A stretch of DNA of 64,000 nucleotides from Holosporales bacterium (GTDB taxonomy: Bacteria > Pseudomonadota > Alphaproteobacteria > JAJTHO01). The notes below the pieces were generated by a model, which was not told where the DNA came from, ran no database searches, and saw only the letters and a program-made list of their open reading frames with translations. Each line of letters opens with the position of its first letter. Position 1 is the first letter of the stretch. Positions 18,076 to 29,299 of the stretch are shown here, one piece after another. The position numbers were made by a program, and so were the translations under genes. The stretch is from NCBI GenBank assembly GCA_046338525.1, contig JBKDWF010000040.1, positions 46,764 to 110,763 on the forward strand, given 5' to 3'.

Positions 18076-18582
18076 ATGGCAGGTTCGGTTAACAAAGTCA
18101 TATTGTTAGGAAATGTTGGAAAAGACCCAGAAATTCGAGCGCTTAGCAATGGGCAAAAGGTATGTAATCTTTCTTTGGCTACCAACGAAACGTGGCGTGA
18201 CAAGGCCACTGGCGAAAAGCGTGACAAAACAGAATGGCATCGTGTAGTTATTTTTAATGATAAAATCGCTGAGATAGCTGAAAAATATGTAAAAAAAGGC
18301 TCAAGAGTTTATATAGAGGGTGAGTTGCAAACCCGCAAGTGGACAGATAATGCCGGAGTTGAGCGGTACTCTACCGAGATTGTGCTGCAACGCTTTCGCG
18401 GTGAATTGACCCTTCTGGATGCGCCGCGAAGTGGCGAAAATACCAGTGAATACTCCGGTAACGGTGGAAATGCCAGCTTCGGTCAGGTACGCGGCGGTAA
18501 TTCTGTTGCAAGCAATAGGGCACCTGCTTTCGGTGCCACAGCAGATGCCCCGGCACTGATGGATGATGAAATTCCTTTTTGA
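18076..18582 (+). CDS. ssb: Single-stranded DNA-binding protein
   Basis: OB-fold N-terminus (NKVILLGNVGKDPEIR...TEWHRVV.F). Gly/Asn-rich linker. Acidic tail DDEIPF. Confidence 0.9.
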   Translation: MAGSVNKVILLGNVGKDPEIRALSNGQKVCNLSLATNETWRDKATGEKRDKTEWHRVVIFNDKIAEIAEKYVKKGSRVYIEGELQTRKWTDNAGVERYSTEIVLQRFRGELTLLDAPRSGENTSEYSGNGGNASFGQVRGGNSVASNRAPAFGATADAPALMDDEIPF

Positions 18583-18730
18583 TCTTAATGCTTATCTTGG
18601 GTAGAAGTGCGTTGATATCTTTGCTGCTTGAGCAAAGTTGAGATATCAAAACAAAGGCAAAAAATCATAAAACTTCTTGCACGATAGAGTGCTACAAGCT
18701 AGCACAAACATAGATTGTAGAGGTGAAGTT

Positions 18731-19396
18731 ATGCGTGTTTTTCTTTGTCTCGTTGTTACGTTGTTTAGTTTTTTTTCGATTCCGGCAATGGCACAAACCA
18801 CTGTCGCAGAACGCTTGTTAATTAATGCAGAAATAACCGCACGAAAATTGCTTAATAATGAAAATTTCTCCGATGCTCGTGATATGTTGCGCCGTAGTCG
18901 GGCCGTTATTATTGTTCCAAATTTTTATCGTGGTGGTTTTATTTTAGGAGCTGCCGGTGGTACAGGGGTAATTTTAGCCAAAGATAACAGCGGTACTTGG
19001 GGGTATCCGGGCTTTGTAAATATAGGCAGCTTAAGTGCTGGATTACAGATTGGTTTTTCGGGGTCTGAACTCATTGTATTTGTCATTACGAACGATGGCC
19101 TTTCTTCCATCATTAATAACCAAGTCCGTATTGGCGGCAATGCCGGACTTTCGATCGCCACGTTTGGTGGGGATGTCGGTGGAGCTAAAGGCCTGACTAC
19201 TGATGCAGATTATATTATTTATGCCAAATCAGCAGGGCTGTACGCGGGGTTATCTCTTGAAGGTTCTGTTATTGAGGCTCGCCCCGATATTGCGCGGGAT
19301 TTTTATGGTGAGTCTGCGGCTTTATACCCGATTTTAATTGATAAAAAATACACCGACAGCAGGGCTGATAAGTTGCGGGATATATTGGTGCAGTAG
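18731..19396 (+). CDS. Secreted SYLF/Ysc84 (DUF500) domain protein
   Basis: The start was chosen at the GAGGTGAAG-preceded ATG. Signal peptide MRVFLCLVVTLFSFFSIPAMA. Gly-rich repeats (GAAGGTGVILAKD...LQIGFSGSEL...GGNAGLSIATFGG) are typical of the SYLF lipid-binding domain. Confidence 0.7.
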   Translation: MRVFLCLVVTLFSFFSIPAMAQTTVAERLLINAEITARKLLNNENFSDARDMLRRSRAVIIVPNFYRGGFILGAAGGTGVILAKDNSGTWGYPGFVNIGSLSAGLQIGFSGSELIVFVITNDGLSSIINNQVRIGGNAGLSIATFGGDVGGAKGLTTDADYIIYAKSAGLYAGLSLEGSVIEARPDIARDFYGESAALYPILIDKKYTDSRADKLRDILVQ

Positions 19397-19615
19397 TGGC
19401 GGGGCACCTTTATTAACCCATTTATGGGGCGATTGCCGTTTCTAGCACAGTCTTATAAGGAGGGTATTAGAGGTGGCGGCAGCGGTTTAATTGCAAAATG
19501 TTTTTGATTTTATTTTGTTTTCTATGGTCACTGACCGATTTTTGAAAATAAGTAGCTTTTAATCATGCTTTATGATAGAGTCTTTTTAATTTATTTTATA
19601 AGAGAGACGTACCTC

Positions 19616-20206
19616 ATGACTGAAAATAAAGTCCAACAACAGCCCCTCCACCTTGAAGACATTGCAGCAATTGCCGTTGCTCTATTTGATGATGAACAAC
19701 GCCTTGCTTTTGTCAGAAAAATAAACCCGGTCAAGGTGACGGAAACGTCCCTTAGTCTTTTAAATTTGCCCCAATCCATTGAACTTTCCGCTCGGGTTGC
19801 CGCCCACGGCATTGAAGGGCGCTATCTGGGTTTAATCATCGGTATTGACGAGATTGACAATGGCATTCTTGATTATAAAGTTACCGGGAAATCAGAATAT
19901 CTTGAAATTATTGTGGAAGAAATGGCTTCTCGGGGCAATCTTCCTTTTGAACAAGACCCAAATTTTCACCGCGTTTCGGCCATCATCACAGCAGCGCAAA
20001 TGGTGGTCAACGATCTAGGACCAGAAGACCCTGTGGCACAGGGAATTCTCAAACGTGGTCAAGAGTTGGCCAGCCTTACTCCGGGTACTAGGGAACGAGC
20101 CGAAGCGACCAAAGATTTTCTTGATGATATGTTCGAATACCTTGAACGCAATTTGCCCGGCGGCAAAAAAGACACCGCAGGGACACCAAAAAAGAAAATC
20201 AAGTGA
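19616..20206 (+). CDS. Hypothetical acidic protein (196 aa), translationally coupled to coaD
   Basis: ORF with an AGAGAG RBS. Its stop TGA overlaps the coaD GTG start (GTGA). No family recognised. Confidence 0.5.
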   Translation: MTENKVQQQPLHLEDIAAIAVALFDDEQRLAFVRKINPVKVTETSLSLLNLPQSIELSARVAAHGIEGRYLGLIIGIDEIDNGILDYKVTGKSEYLEIIVEEMASRGNLPFEQDPNFHRVSAIITAAQMVVNDLGPEDPVAQGILKRGQELASLTPGTRERAEATKDFLDDMFEYLERNLPGGKKDTAGTPKKKIK

Positions 20207-20718
20207 AAACAGGAATTTATCCTGGCACTTTTGATCCACCTACCAATGGGCATTTCGATATTATAAGCCGCGCGGCGCGGCTGGTGGATCGTCTGATTGT
20301 GGCGGTTGCCCCTAATGCAGGAAAAAATCCGTTGTTTACCCCTGCGGATCGGGTGTCCATGCTTGAGGAACACCTGCCAAACTTAAAATTGGTTAGCCTT
20401 CCTCAAGTACAGATGATGCGCGGGCTGTTAGTGGATTTTGCCCACGATCATGATGCTACCGTTATCTTTCGTGGACTACGTGCGGTGGCAGACTTTGATT
20501 ATGAATTACAGATGGCCATGATGAACACACGGCTTGCCCCTCATATTGAAACGGTTTTTCTTATGGCTTCGGAAACCCATCAATTTCTGGCATCCAAGTT
20601 AGTTAAAGAAGTTGCTTTTCTGGGCGGCGATATCAGTTCTTTCGTCCCTGAAAGTATACAGCGGCATTTATCCGCCAAGCAAAGCTTCATTCAAGCGGCC
20701 GCTGTCGGCCAGTCATAA
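20203..20718 (+). CDS. coaD: Phosphopantetheine adenylyltransferase
   Basis: The N-terminus, read as MKTGIYPGTFDPPTNGHFDIISRA with the GTG start, carries the (H/T)xGH nucleotidyltransferase motif. It is 171 aa. Confidence 0.9.
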   Translation: MKTGIYPGTFDPPTNGHFDIISRAARLVDRLIVAVAPNAGKNPLFTPADRVSMLEEHLPNLKLVSLPQVQMMRGLLVDFAHDHDATVIFRGLRAVADFDYELQMAMMNTRLAPHIETVFLMASETHQFLASKLVKEVAFLGGDISSFVPESIQRHLSAKQSFIQAAAVGQS

Positions 20719-21707
20719 CCAAGGCTCAGTGATTGATCCAAAGTACGCTCTAAGATGTACCGAGCTACCCTATCGCTGGAAAAACGGTTGTGAATAGTGT
20801 GCCAGCCTGCTTTAGCCATTTCTTGACGGGCGGCATCATGCCCGGCGTAAAAACGAATTTTCTCCCCCAACTCTTCCAAGCTACTATAAAAACCAATTTC
20901 TTCCTCGGTAAACAAATCCGCAAAACCTGTAGCTCGATCAACAAAGGTCAACAGACCATTCCCCATGTATTGAGCCATGCGATCAGAGGAATACAGGTAG
21001 TTATCGCTACGGCGACTAAGCGAGAGACCCATTTTTGCATCCACCAACGCTTCAAGATAGGCCGCACCGCCAATATACCCTTGCTTCATACCGGGAAGGC
21101 GGAATCGTACATGGGGGCAAGTGTGCTGTAGAGCCTCCAAAAATGGCGGTCTTGGATCATTTTTCATAATGCCGCCAATGGCATAGAAAACATCCGTGTT
21201 TTGATTTGTATAGGCAAAAGCTTGCCCGGTTTCCATGCTGGCATCCACAGGATTAGGCATGAAATACACCTTGGCCCGATGACCGCCCAATGGATGCAGG
21301 GCATCCCCTGCGGTGGTGATAAACACGGTATCAACGCTGCTCAACCGATTTTTAATATCGAGAAGATTTTGCTCCTGAAACAGTGGGTCAACATTGCGGT
21401 AAGCAATACGTACGTCCGGTAAAAAAAGCCGTACCGCCGCCAGCGTTGCATTCAGGAGCATCTCCGTATGCCCGAGCAAAATGACTTCAGGTTTGTATTC
21501 TCGACAATACCGAATAAACGCAGCATTCATTGCCGGCAAGCCAAATTGCCGCGATAAAAAAGGTGTTGATCCCCGTGCAATCAGGCGATCATCAAAATGC
21601 AGAACCGTATGCCCCAAGCGAATAAAGCCATGGTGCAGCTTTTGCATAATACCGTAGTGCATGTTGGGGCGAAAATGCCCGGCTAAAAGAATACGAAGAG
21701 GGCGCAT
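20691..21707 (-). CDS. GT-B fold glycosyltransferase-like protein (GT4/CgeB-like)
   Basis: 338 aa with an EX7E-like motif (EEIGFYSSLEE) near the C-terminus. The N-terminal Rossmann-like region (RILLAGHF...VILLGHTE) fits GT-B. Confidence 0.55.
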   Translation of the reverse strand: MRPLRILLAGHFRPNMHYGIMQKLHHGFIRLGHTVLHFDDRLIARGSTPFLSRQFGLPAMNAAFIRYCREYKPEVILLGHTEMLLNATLAAVRLFLPDVRIAYRNVDPLFQEQNLLDIKNRLSSVDTVFITTAGDALHPLGGHRAKVYFMPNPVDASMETGQAFAYTNQNTDVFYAIGGIMKNDPRPPFLEALQHTCPHVRFRLPGMKQGYIGGAAYLEALVDAKMGLSLSRRSDNYLYSSDRMAQYMGNGLLTFVDRATGFADLFTEEEIGFYSSLEELGEKIRFYAGHDAARQEMAKAGWHTIHNRFSSDRVARYILERTLDQSLSLGYDWPTAAA

Positions 21708-21739
21708 TACTTACACCATAAGGCTTCGGCATTAAACAC

Positions 21740-22285
21740 TTATGCTGTTTGTGCTTTCTTGGTGCTGGCTTTTTCTAAGGCCACATTAAATTCTGCTAGC
21801 GAGCAAAGGCCAAGCTCTACTGGATTGATTGATTTTAGATTTTTTTGATTCCAGTGCTCTTTGTCTCGGATGCGAGCGATGGTTGTTTTTGTGGTGCCGA
21901 TAAGCTTGCAAATTGCTGCATCGCTCAATTCTGGGTGTGTTTTAATAAGATAAAAAATAGCATCGGGTTTTTCTCCACGTTTTGTTACTGGAGTATAACG
22001 AGGTCCCTTAACCCGCGGTAAAGCCTTGGGAAGCGTGTTGCTTACAAGGGTCAGACGTGCATCAGGATCGGCTTCACAACGACGAATTTCCTCCAATGTT
22101 AATTGATTAGCAGCTACCGGATCAGCGGGGCGAATCTGGGCATGCACCTCTCCATCGGCCAACGCCTGAATTTCAAGGCTATGCAAACCGCTAAACGTCC
22201 CAATCTGTTCAAATGTTAAAGCGGTATTTTCCAGCAACCAAGCAGCGGTGGCCTTAGGCAACAGGGGGCGGTGCAACGAACTCAT
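21740..22285 (-). CDS. DUF1013-family protein (alphaproteobacteria-specific)
   Basis: The N-terminus LLPKATAAWLLENTALTFEQIGTFSGLHSLEIQALADGEV matches the conserved DUF1013 N-terminal block seen across alphaproteobacteria. Confidence 0.65.
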   Translation of the reverse strand: MSSLHRPLLPKATAAWLLENTALTFEQIGTFSGLHSLEIQALADGEVHAQIRPADPVAANQLTLEEIRRCEADPDARLTLVSNTLPKALPRVKGPRYTPVTKRGEKPDAIFYLIKTHPELSDAAICKLIGTTKTTIARIRDKEHWNQKNLKSINPVELGLCSLAEFNVALEKASTKKAQTA

Positions 22286-22625
22286 AAAAACCTCATTTTT
22301 GGGAAAATCACGGCATTAATACGACTTTGCCGTAAAAATTACCAGCTCTAAGTAACGAATAGCTGTTAGCGCAATCCGCATTGAAAAACTGCCTTATTCT
22401 CCTACCTTATTCAGGTCTGTGTGGTAAGCTAAGCAGAACCAATACTAATTTACAGTCTATTGAGTAATTTAAAAACCCCATATCTCCAGTAAACATATTG
22501 TGTTTTTCTTGCTATTATTCTCGAACTTATAACGCCCTAATCCGCTGCCTTACGGCGGCTATCTCTCCCGAGAGGCTATCCTGTACACACAAGTCTCATG
22601 AGCCTATGGAAGGGCGCGGTGCAGC

Positions 22626-22733
22626 CCCCTCTCCCGCGCAGCGGGGGAGGGCCGGGGAGGGGGTGAAAAGCCATTGGTTTTTCTTATTTTAAATACCCCC
22701 TTCCTCACCTTCCCCCGCTGCGCGGGAGAAGGA
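22626..22733. repeat. GC-rich extended inverted repeat (nested hairpins) downstream of trpB
   Basis: ccctctcccgcgcagcgggggagg at 22626-48 pairs with ccttcccccgctgcgcgggagaagg at 22711-33. Nested inner arms are ggagggggt and acccccttcc, around a roughly 30-nt AT-rich loop. Each outer arm is itself partly self-complementary (cccgc-gca-gcggg). Confidence 0.5.
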
Positions 22734-22901
22734 GGCAACGGGCGGCGGCGTTATACCCCGATAATGCTGGGAAAGAGCCAATTTCAGGACTTGTGTGCAT
22801 AGGGTAGCGCCCTGCGGGAGGGTGTGCCGCTGGCGTCGTTGGATGGTGAACTGCGCAAAGCGGCCTTGGCCGAAGGGGTGTATTATCAGCCAGTATCCTA
22901 T

Positions 22902-24083
22902 TCATAAAACAATCCCCAACGCCGCTCCCACTGTAAAAATATCCTTATCCCCCCTACCACACAGGTTCATGACCAGCAAATGATCCTTCGGCAGTGCCGG
23001 CGCGATTTTAAGGACATAGGCCAAAGCGTGGGCGGGTTCTAGTGCGGGGAGGATGCCCTCAGTGCGGGCGAGGTGCTGAAACGCCGCCAGGGCTTCGGCG
23101 TCGGTGGCGCTGGCGTATTCCACCCGGCCGGTGTCGTGGAGGTAGGCGTGTTCCGGGCCGATGCCGGGGTAGTCCAGCCCGGCGGCGATGGAGTGCCCCT
23201 CGACAATCTGGCCGTCGTCGTCTTGGAGCAGGTAGGTTTTATTGCCGTGGAGAACGCCGGGAAGGCCGCCGGCGAGGCTGGCGGCGTGTGCGCCGGTGTG
23301 CAGACCCCTGCCCGCGGCTTCCACGCCAATCATCCGCACGCCGGGATCGTTCAGGAACGGGTGAAACAGGCCCAAGGCGTTGGAGCCGCCGCCGATGCAG
23401 GCAATGAGGGTATCAGGCAGGCGGCCTTCGGCGGCGTGCACCTGCTCCCGCGTTTCCCGGCCAATGATGGTGTGAAAATCCCGCACCATGGTTGGGTACG
23501 GGTGCGGCCCGGCGGCGGTGCCGATGAGGTAGTAGGTATCATCCACCCGCGCCACCCATTCCCGCAGGGCTTCGTTCATGGCGTCTTTCAGGGTCTTGGT
23601 GCCCGTGCTGGCCGGGCGCACGTCGGCCCCGAGGAGTTTCATGCGAAAGACGTTGGGGGCTTGCCGTTCAATATCTTTGGTGCCCATGAAGATGGTGCAT
23701 TCTAGTCCAAACAAGGCGCAGACAGTGGCGGTGGCCACGCCGTGTTGCCCTGCCCCGGTTTCGGCAATAATCCGTTTTTTGCCCATGCGCTTTGCCAGAA
23801 GAATCTGGCCCAGGCAGTTGTTAATCTTGTGGGAACCGGTGTGGTTCAGCTCATCGCGTTTGAAGTAAACTTTTGCCCCGCCCAGTTCGCTGGTAAGCCG
23901 TTTGGCAAAATACAGCGGCGACGGACGACCGACGTAGTGGGTGAGGTAGTGGTTTAGCTCCGCCTGAAACGTGGGGTCTTCCCGCGCCGCTTCATAGGCT
24001 TTTGTAACCTCGATAAGCAACGGCATGAGGGTTTCGGAGACATACTGGCCGCCGTACACGCCAAAGTGGGAAGCAAGCTGCAT
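22902..24083 (-). CDS. trpB: Tryptophan synthase beta chain
   Basis: PLP-lysine motif [15 protein letters not shown] and GGGSNA(L)G: TrpB1 hallmarks (393 aa). Confidence 0.9.
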   Translation of the reverse strand: MQLASHFGVYGGQYVSETLMPLLIEVTKAYEAAREDPTFQAELNHYLTHYVGRPSPLYFAKRLTSELGGAKVYFKRDELNHTGSHKINNCLGQILLAKRMGKKRIIAETGAGQHGVATATVCALFGLECTIFMGTKDIERQAPNVFRMKLLGADVRPASTGTKTLKDAMNEALREWVARVDDTYYLIGTAAGPHPYPTMVRDFHTIIGRETREQVHAAEGRLPDTLIACIGGGSNALGLFHPFLNDPGVRMIGVEAAGRGLHTGAHAASLAGGLPGVLHGNKTYLLQDDDGQIVEGHSIAAGLDYPGIGPEHAYLHDTGRVEYASATDAEALAAFQHLARTEGILPALEPAHALAYVLKIAPALPKDHLLVMNLCGRGDKDIFTVGAALGIVL

Positions 24084-24086
24084 AAT

Positions 24087-26240
24087 TTACCCTACCAGCA
24101 CTGGAAGCGCTTTTTCAAACACCACCGTATAATCGGCAATCGTTCCCAAATCCTTGCCGTTCACCCGCACTTTTCCTGGCGTTACCGTCCCTAGACGGCG
24201 CAGGGGAAGGCCAGCAAAGGCTTCCGGGGTTTCGGTTACGACGAGGTAGCGTCCCTGATCCTCGCCAAACAAAAACGCCGGGGTTTCGGGCACATCGGCA
24301 ATCTCAAAGCCAAGGCCGCTGGCCATGCCCATGTGGGCCAAGCCGACCAGCAAGCCGCCGCCGGACAGATCGTGGCAGGCCTGAACACTGCCAGCGGCAA
24401 TGGCCCGGCGCACGGCTTCACCGTGGTGGGCTTCAAGGGTTAAATCCACCGGGGGCGGGGTTTCAAATTCTATGCCGTCGATAATCTCGCGGTAGCGGGA
24501 ACAACCAAGCCAGCCCGTGCTCTCCCCCAGCAGGTAAATCCCCTGCCCGGCCTGAATAAAGGCATTGCCCACGCGGTTGCGGTAATCGTTGAGCAGGCCG
24601 ACAGCCCCCACCACCGGGGTGGGGAGAATCGGTTGGCCGTTGGTTTCATTGTACAGCGAGACGTTACCCGACACGATGGGGGCGTGCAGGGCGCGGCAGG
24701 CCTCGCCCATTCCCTGCAGCGCGCCGACAAGCTGCCCCATGATGAGGGGTTTTTGCGGGTTGCCGAAGTTGAGGTTGTTGGTAAGGGCTAGGGGTGTTGC
24801 GCCGACAGCGTTTAGATTCCTGCATGCTTCCGCCACGGCTTGACGGCCTCCCATGACGGGATCCGCCTGGCAGTAGCGCGGCGTGCAGTCCGTGGCCATA
24901 GCCAAGGCTTTGTCGGTGCCATACACCCGCACCACGGCGGCATCACCGCCGGAATCGGCGAGGGTCTGGTTGCCGACGCTGCGGTCATACTGTTCCCAAA
25001 TCCAGCGTTTGCTGGCCATGGAGGGGTGCCCCAGCAGTTTTTTCAGGGTATCGGGAAGGGAATGCCTCCAAGTGACTGCGCTATCGTTGCAGTGCGCTGC
25101 CGCCGGGGTGGGCACATAGGGGCGGTCATACTCCGGCATGCCTTCGGCAATGGCGGCTAGGGGGATATGGGCCACTTGGTGGCCGTGGTGATCCAAAATC
25201 AGCACAGGCTCGGCAATCAGTTCCCCAATCACGGCAAAATCCACGCCCCAGCGGCGGAAGATTTCCTGCGCCGCCGCTTCACGGCCTGGTTTGAGCACCA
25301 TGAGCATCCGCTCTTGGCTTTCGGACAGCATCATCTCGTAGGCCGTCATCTGGGTTTCCCGCTGCGGCACTTTGTCGAGATCAAGGCGCACGCCAATGCC
25401 GCCCTTGGCCGCCATTTCAACGGAGGAAGACGTTAGTCCCGCCGCGCCCATGTCCTGAATCGCCACAATAGCGTCCGAGGCCATGAGTTCAAGGCAGGCT
25501 TCCAGCAGTAGCTTTTCCACAAACGGATCGCCCACCTGCACCGTTGGGCGCTTGCTGTCGGCATCGTCGGCAAATTCCGCCGAAGCCATGCTGGCCCCTT
25601 TGATGCCGTCCCGGCCTGTCTTGGCACCCACATACACCACGGGGTTGCCGATTCCGGCGGCGGCGGCGTAGAAAATTTTATCCTGCTTTGCAATGCCCAC
25701 GGTCATGGCGTTGACGAGGATGTTGCCGTTGTAGGCCGGGTGAAATTCACACTCCCCGCCCACGGTGGGAATCCCCATGCAGTTGCCGTAACCGCCAATG
25801 CCAGCGACAACGCCTTGCACTAGGGCTTTGGTCTTTGGGTGATCCGGCGCGCCAAACCGCAGGGCGTTGAGGTTGGCAATGGGGCGTGCCCCCATGGTGA
25901 ACACATCGCGGAGGATGCCGCCCACGCCGGTGGCCGCGCCTTGGTAGGGTTCGATAAATGAGGGGTGGTTGTGGCTCTCAATCTTAAACACCGCCGCCAG
26001 GCCGTCGCCAATATCAATGACCCCTGCGTTCTCCCCCGGGCCTTGGATGACCCACGGCGCGGTGGTGGGAAGTTTTTTGAGGTGAATTTTGGAGGATTTA
26101 TAGCTGCAATGCTCGCTCCACAGCACCGAGAAAATCCCCAATTCCGTCAAGTTGGGCGTTCGTCCCAGCAGGTTTAGGATTAAATGGTACTCATCTTCGG
26201 ACAAACCGTGGTCAAGGGCGATGTTCAGCATAATGCCCAA
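24087..26240 (-). CDS. purL: Phosphoribosylformylglycinamidine synthase subunit PurL
   Basis: 717-aa small PurL with duplicated AIR-synthase-like domains ([20 protein letters not shown]...). Confidence 0.9.
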   Translation of the reverse strand: MGIMLNIALDHGLSEDEYHLILNLLGRTPNLTELGIFSVLWSEHCSYKSSKIHLKKLPTTAPWVIQGPGENAGVIDIGDGLAAVFKIESHNHPSFIEPYQGAATGVGGILRDVFTMGARPIANLNALRFGAPDHPKTKALVQGVVAGIGGYGNCMGIPTVGGECEFHPAYNGNILVNAMTVGIAKQDKIFYAAAAGIGNPVVYVGAKTGRDGIKGASMASAEFADDADSKRPTVQVGDPFVEKLLLEACLELMASDAIVAIQDMGAAGLTSSSVEMAAKGGIGVRLDLDKVPQRETQMTAYEMMLSESQERMLMVLKPGREAAAQEIFRRWGVDFAVIGELIAEPVLILDHHGHQVAHIPLAAIAEGMPEYDRPYVPTPAAAHCNDSAVTWRHSLPDTLKKLLGHPSMASKRWIWEQYDRSVGNQTLADSGGDAAVVRVYGTDKALAMATDCTPRYCQADPVMGGRQAVAEACRNLNAVGATPLALTNNLNFGNPQKPLIMGQLVGALQGMGEACRALHAPIVSGNVSLYNETNGQPILPTPVVGAVGLLNDYRNRVGNAFIQAGQGIYLLGESTGWLGCSRYREIIDGIEFETPPPVDLTLEAHHGEAVRRAIAAGSVQACHDLSGGGLLVGLAHMGMASGLGFEIADVPETPAFLFGEDQGRYLVVTETPEAFAGLPLRRLGTVTPGKVRVNGKDLGTIADYTVVFEKALPVLVG

Positions 26241-26254
26241 GGTTTTACTTAAAC

Positions 26255-28906
26255 CTAGGCAAACATGCCACGGAAAAAATCATCGGCGGTGCGGGCGTGG
26301 GCGGCGAGGGTCTGTTCGGCGGCCTCGATGCTGGCCTCGTTTAAGATTGCTGCTGTTTGGGCATTGACCCCTTTGGTGAGGCGCAAAAGGTTTTGGAGCT
26401 GTTGATAAAGCTCATAAATAGTGGCCAGCGAAGCGGTGTCGCTTTCAGCGCGCAGGGCCGCGGCGGTACTCTGGTAATGCTTCCCGCCCAGCAGTTGCCG
26501 TGTCTGGGCAATAAACTCCAGCGTCACCATCCCGCCGGGGATATTTTTAACGTCCCAAACGTTTTTGGGCGGATGCGCCGCCGCCCGGCGGTCGTGCATG
26601 GTTTTAGCATCACTTTTAAGCACTTGAGCATCGCGCGGCAGGGCTAACAATGCTGGCATAATACCTTGTAATTTATGACACAATCCCGCATCCCCGGCCA
26701 CGGGGCGGGCGCAGGTCAGGGCCAAAAACTCCCACGTCTGCGCGGAACCCGTGCGGTAATAGGCCTCAAAGGCCTTGAAGGACGATGCCACCGCTCCCGC
26801 TTCCCCGTCGGGGCGCAGGCGGGTGTCCACCTCGTACAGCGGCTGTAAGGCCCTGTCGGCCGGCAGGGTGAGGGCTGAGAGCACCCGCTGGGCAAGGCGA
26901 TTGTAATACACGGGGGCGGCTAGGGGCTTGCCGCCGTCTGAGCTTGCCCCATCGGGCGCATCATAGACAAACACCAGATCGAGATCGGAACCAATGGCCA
27001 AGGCGTTACTCCCCAACTTGCCAAAGCCCAGCACGGCAAAGCCGCTGCCGGGCACATGGCCGTGGACAGCGGCGAAATCGGCCCGGACAATCTCCAACAC
27101 TGCCCGGACGCAGGCTTCGGCCAGTGCCGTGAGCCAAGTGCCAATTGTTGCCGCTTCAGGGGCTTGCTGAAACACCCGAATCATCAAACTAAACAGCCAG
27201 TCGCGTTGCCATAAACCAAGGGCGCGCAGCTTTTCTTCCCGCCCGTCCCGCTGGGCTAGGGTGGCGGTGAGATCGTCGGTGAGGCTTTCCGGCGGCGGCA
27301 GGGCCGCATCGGCCTGTCGCATCAACAGGGTATCCATGAGATGCGGCTGGGCCAGCACGATTTCTGCCAGCGGCGGGGCGCTGGTCATGATGGCCACTAG
27401 GGTGGACAGCACGGCGGGGTTGGATTTTAGGAGAGCAAACAACTGCACCCCGGCGCTGAGGCGGGAGATAAACTGATCAAAGGCCAAGACCCCGGCATCG
27501 GGCGCGTCGCTGGCCGCGCACGCCTCCAGCACCAAGGGGGTAATTTCTAACAATAGTTGCTGCGCCCTAGGGGTCATCAGCACGCGGTAGCCTCGGTTAT
27601 GCCAACGGTGCAGGCATGCCGCCACCACCTTTGGATCGCGAAACCCCATGGAGGTTAGGGTTTGCAGCATCCCGTCCCCCACCTCGGCGGTGAACTGGGT
27701 CAGGTCGGCCTTGGGCTTGGCGTCGGTGTTTTCAAACAGGGCGCTGTAGGCGTCGGCAACATGGCGGCGGTGGGTGTCCAGAACGGTGCGGAAATGGGCG
27801 GTGTCGGGATAGCTAAAACTCTGCGCCACTTGCTCCAAATCCTCAGGAACAATAGGCAAACGGTGGGTTTGCTCATCGTGCAGCAACTGAATCCGGTGTT
27901 CCGTCTTGCGCAGGAAAACATACGCCTCCCAAAGCTGGGAGGCGGTGACGGAAAACAGCCGCCCGGTTTCCACCAACGCATCCAAGGCCTCTAAGGTGCT
28001 GCGCCCGCGCAGGCGTTTGTCGCGCCCTCCCCAGATAAGCTGCTGCGTCTGCACAAAAAACTCAACCTCACGGATGCCGCCAAGGCCGGTTTTGATGTTG
28101 AGGCCCGGGGCGGCGGGGGTGAAGGATCGCTGGGGGTTAATCTGGGTTTTGATGGCGTGGATTTCATCAAGGGCGGCAAAATCGAGGCTGCGCCGCCAAA
28201 CAAACGGCTGTATCAGGCGGGTAAACTCGGCCCCGGCCACGGGGTCGCCGGCGATGACCCGAGCCTTGATCATCGCCGCCCGTTCCCAGGTTGCGGCAAT
28301 CGAACTGTAATACGTCTCCGCTGCGGCCAGCGAGACAGCCAGCGGCGTGGACGACGGATCCGGGCGCAATCGCAGGTCGGTGCGGAAAACATACCCGTCG
28401 GCGGTATGCGCTGAGAGAATTTCTGTCATGCGGCGCACTAGGCGCACGGCCATGGCCTGAGCCTCACCCTTGGTGAGATGGGCACGAAGGCGGGCATCGT
28501 CATAAAAAACGATGAGGTCAATATCGCTGGAAAAATTCAGCTCCTCCGCCCCCAGTTTGCCCATGCCAACGACGACAAGCCCCGCGTGGGGGGCATAGGG
28601 TGGGGGCAAGGCAAACTGAAGCCGTCCGGCCTGCTGGGCCTCATTGAGGCTTGCCTCTAGGGCTTTTTCCACAGCGATGCAGGCAAAACGACTCAGAGCC
28701 GCCGTCTGTTCCAGCAGCGGCAGAGTATCGGTAAATTCCGCGTGCGCGAGATAAAGAAGCAACCGCTGACGATGCTGGCGCAGAGCCAGCATCGTTGCGG
28801 CGGCATCGTCGGTGGGGATAGTGGCGGCTTCGGCTTCTAGGCGAGCCAGTATTTGCTCGCCTAGGGTTGGTGGAGAGGGTGTTACCTCAGGCCATCGGGC
28901 TTCCAA
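26255..28906 (-). CDS. glnE: Bifunctional glutamine synthetase adenylyltransferase/adenylyl-removing enzyme
   Basis: Two nucleotidyltransferase domains: [21 protein letters not shown] and [21 protein letters not shown]. Confidence 0.85.
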   Translation of the reverse strand: MEARWPEVTPSPPTLGEQILARLEAEAATIPTDDAAATMLALRQHRQRLLLYLAHAEFTDTLPLLEQTAALSRFACIAVEKALEASLNEAQQAGRLQFALPPPYAPHAGLVVVGMGKLGAEELNFSSDIDLIVFYDDARLRAHLTKGEAQAMAVRLVRRMTEILSAHTADGYVFRTDLRLRPDPSSTPLAVSLAAAETYYSSIAATWERAAMIKARVIAGDPVAGAEFTRLIQPFVWRRSLDFAALDEIHAIKTQINPQRSFTPAAPGLNIKTGLGGIREVEFFVQTQQLIWGGRDKRLRGRSTLEALDALVETGRLFSVTASQLWEAYVFLRKTEHRIQLLHDEQTHRLPIVPEDLEQVAQSFSYPDTAHFRTVLDTHRRHVADAYSALFENTDAKPKADLTQFTAEVGDGMLQTLTSMGFRDPKVVAACLHRWHNRGYRVLMTPRAQQLLLEITPLVLEACAASDAPDAGVLAFDQFISRLSAGVQLFALLKSNPAVLSTLVAIMTSAPPLAEIVLAQPHLMDTLLMRQADAALPPPESLTDDLTATLAQRDGREEKLRALGLWQRDWLFSLMIRVFQQAPEAATIGTWLTALAEACVRAVLEIVRADFAAVHGHVPGSGFAVLGFGKLGSNALAIGSDLDLVFVYDAPDGASSDGGKPLAAPVYYNRLAQRVLSALTLPADRALQPLYEVDTRLRPDGEAGAVASSFKAFEAYYRTGSAQTWEFLALTCARPVAGDAGLCHKLQGIMPALLALPRDAQVLKSDAKTMHDRRAAAHPPKNVWDVKNIPGGMVTLEFIAQTRQLLGGKHYQSTAAALRAESDTASLATIYELYQQLQNLLRLTKGVNAQTAAILNEASIEAAEQTLAAHARTADDFFRGMFA

Positions 28907-28963
28907 AGGGGGGAGGAAGGTGCCGAAGGCTACAAGAGAAAATTTTATAATACTAAACTTTGT

Positions 28964-29134
28964 TTATTGGTTTATTGCAGAACCAATTCTAGAGAAACTC
29001 TCGCTTACGTCCGCTCTTAGCAAGCTAAGCACAGCAATAAGGGCAACAGCGATTAAGGACGCCAGCAAGGCATATTCTATTATGGTCACCCCAGAGGTAT
29101 CCCGACGCAGCCGGGTAAAAAGTTTTTTAATCAT
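28964..29134 (-). CDS. flp: Flp/Fap family type IVb pilin precursor (56 aa)
   Basis: Translated by hand from the minus strand. The ORF is under 60 aa and so is absent from the ORF track: MIKKLFTRLRRDTSGVTIIEYALLASLIAVALIAVLSLLRADVSESFSRIGSAINQ. A GGAGA RBS lies 8 nt upstream. The canonical Flp prepilin motif G/VTxIEYxL is followed by a hydrophobic helix. Confidence 0.7.
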   Translation of the reverse strand: MIKKLFTRLRRDTSGVTIIEYALLASLIAVALIAVLSLLRADVSESFSRIGSAINQ

Positions 29135-29299
29135 AACGATGTCTCCTTTATAGAATGCTCGGTAGCGTCCCTGTGTGTTATCGTCAATACAAGATAACGC
29201 CGACCCAGATTTCGATTACAAAGGCACTATACAGCAGCATTCGTTAAAAAAGAGTTAATTTTTGACACGCTCTCTTTTTTTAGTTTTATACTCAACATT

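Noticed and set aside
18583-18660. Hairpin downstream of ssb (gatatctttgc...gcaaag.t.gagatatc)
   Set aside because: The imperfect stem is followed by an A-run rather than a T-run on the ssb strand. Terminator function is unsupported.
22740-22900. Possible trpA remnant downstream of trpB
   Set aside because: No TrpA-like peptide motifs (GDP, GFGIS, GVIVGSA) in any minus-strand frame. The segment is too short for trpA.
23042-23705. Arg-rich ORFs (121 aa, 210 aa) antisense or off-frame to trpB
   Set aside because: Typical high-GC shadow ORFs. trpB in the minus frame has all catalytic motifs.
28812-29153. 113-aa plus-strand ORF
   Set aside because: It overlaps the glnE start and is antisense to the Flp pilin gene. 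No RBS or motifs.
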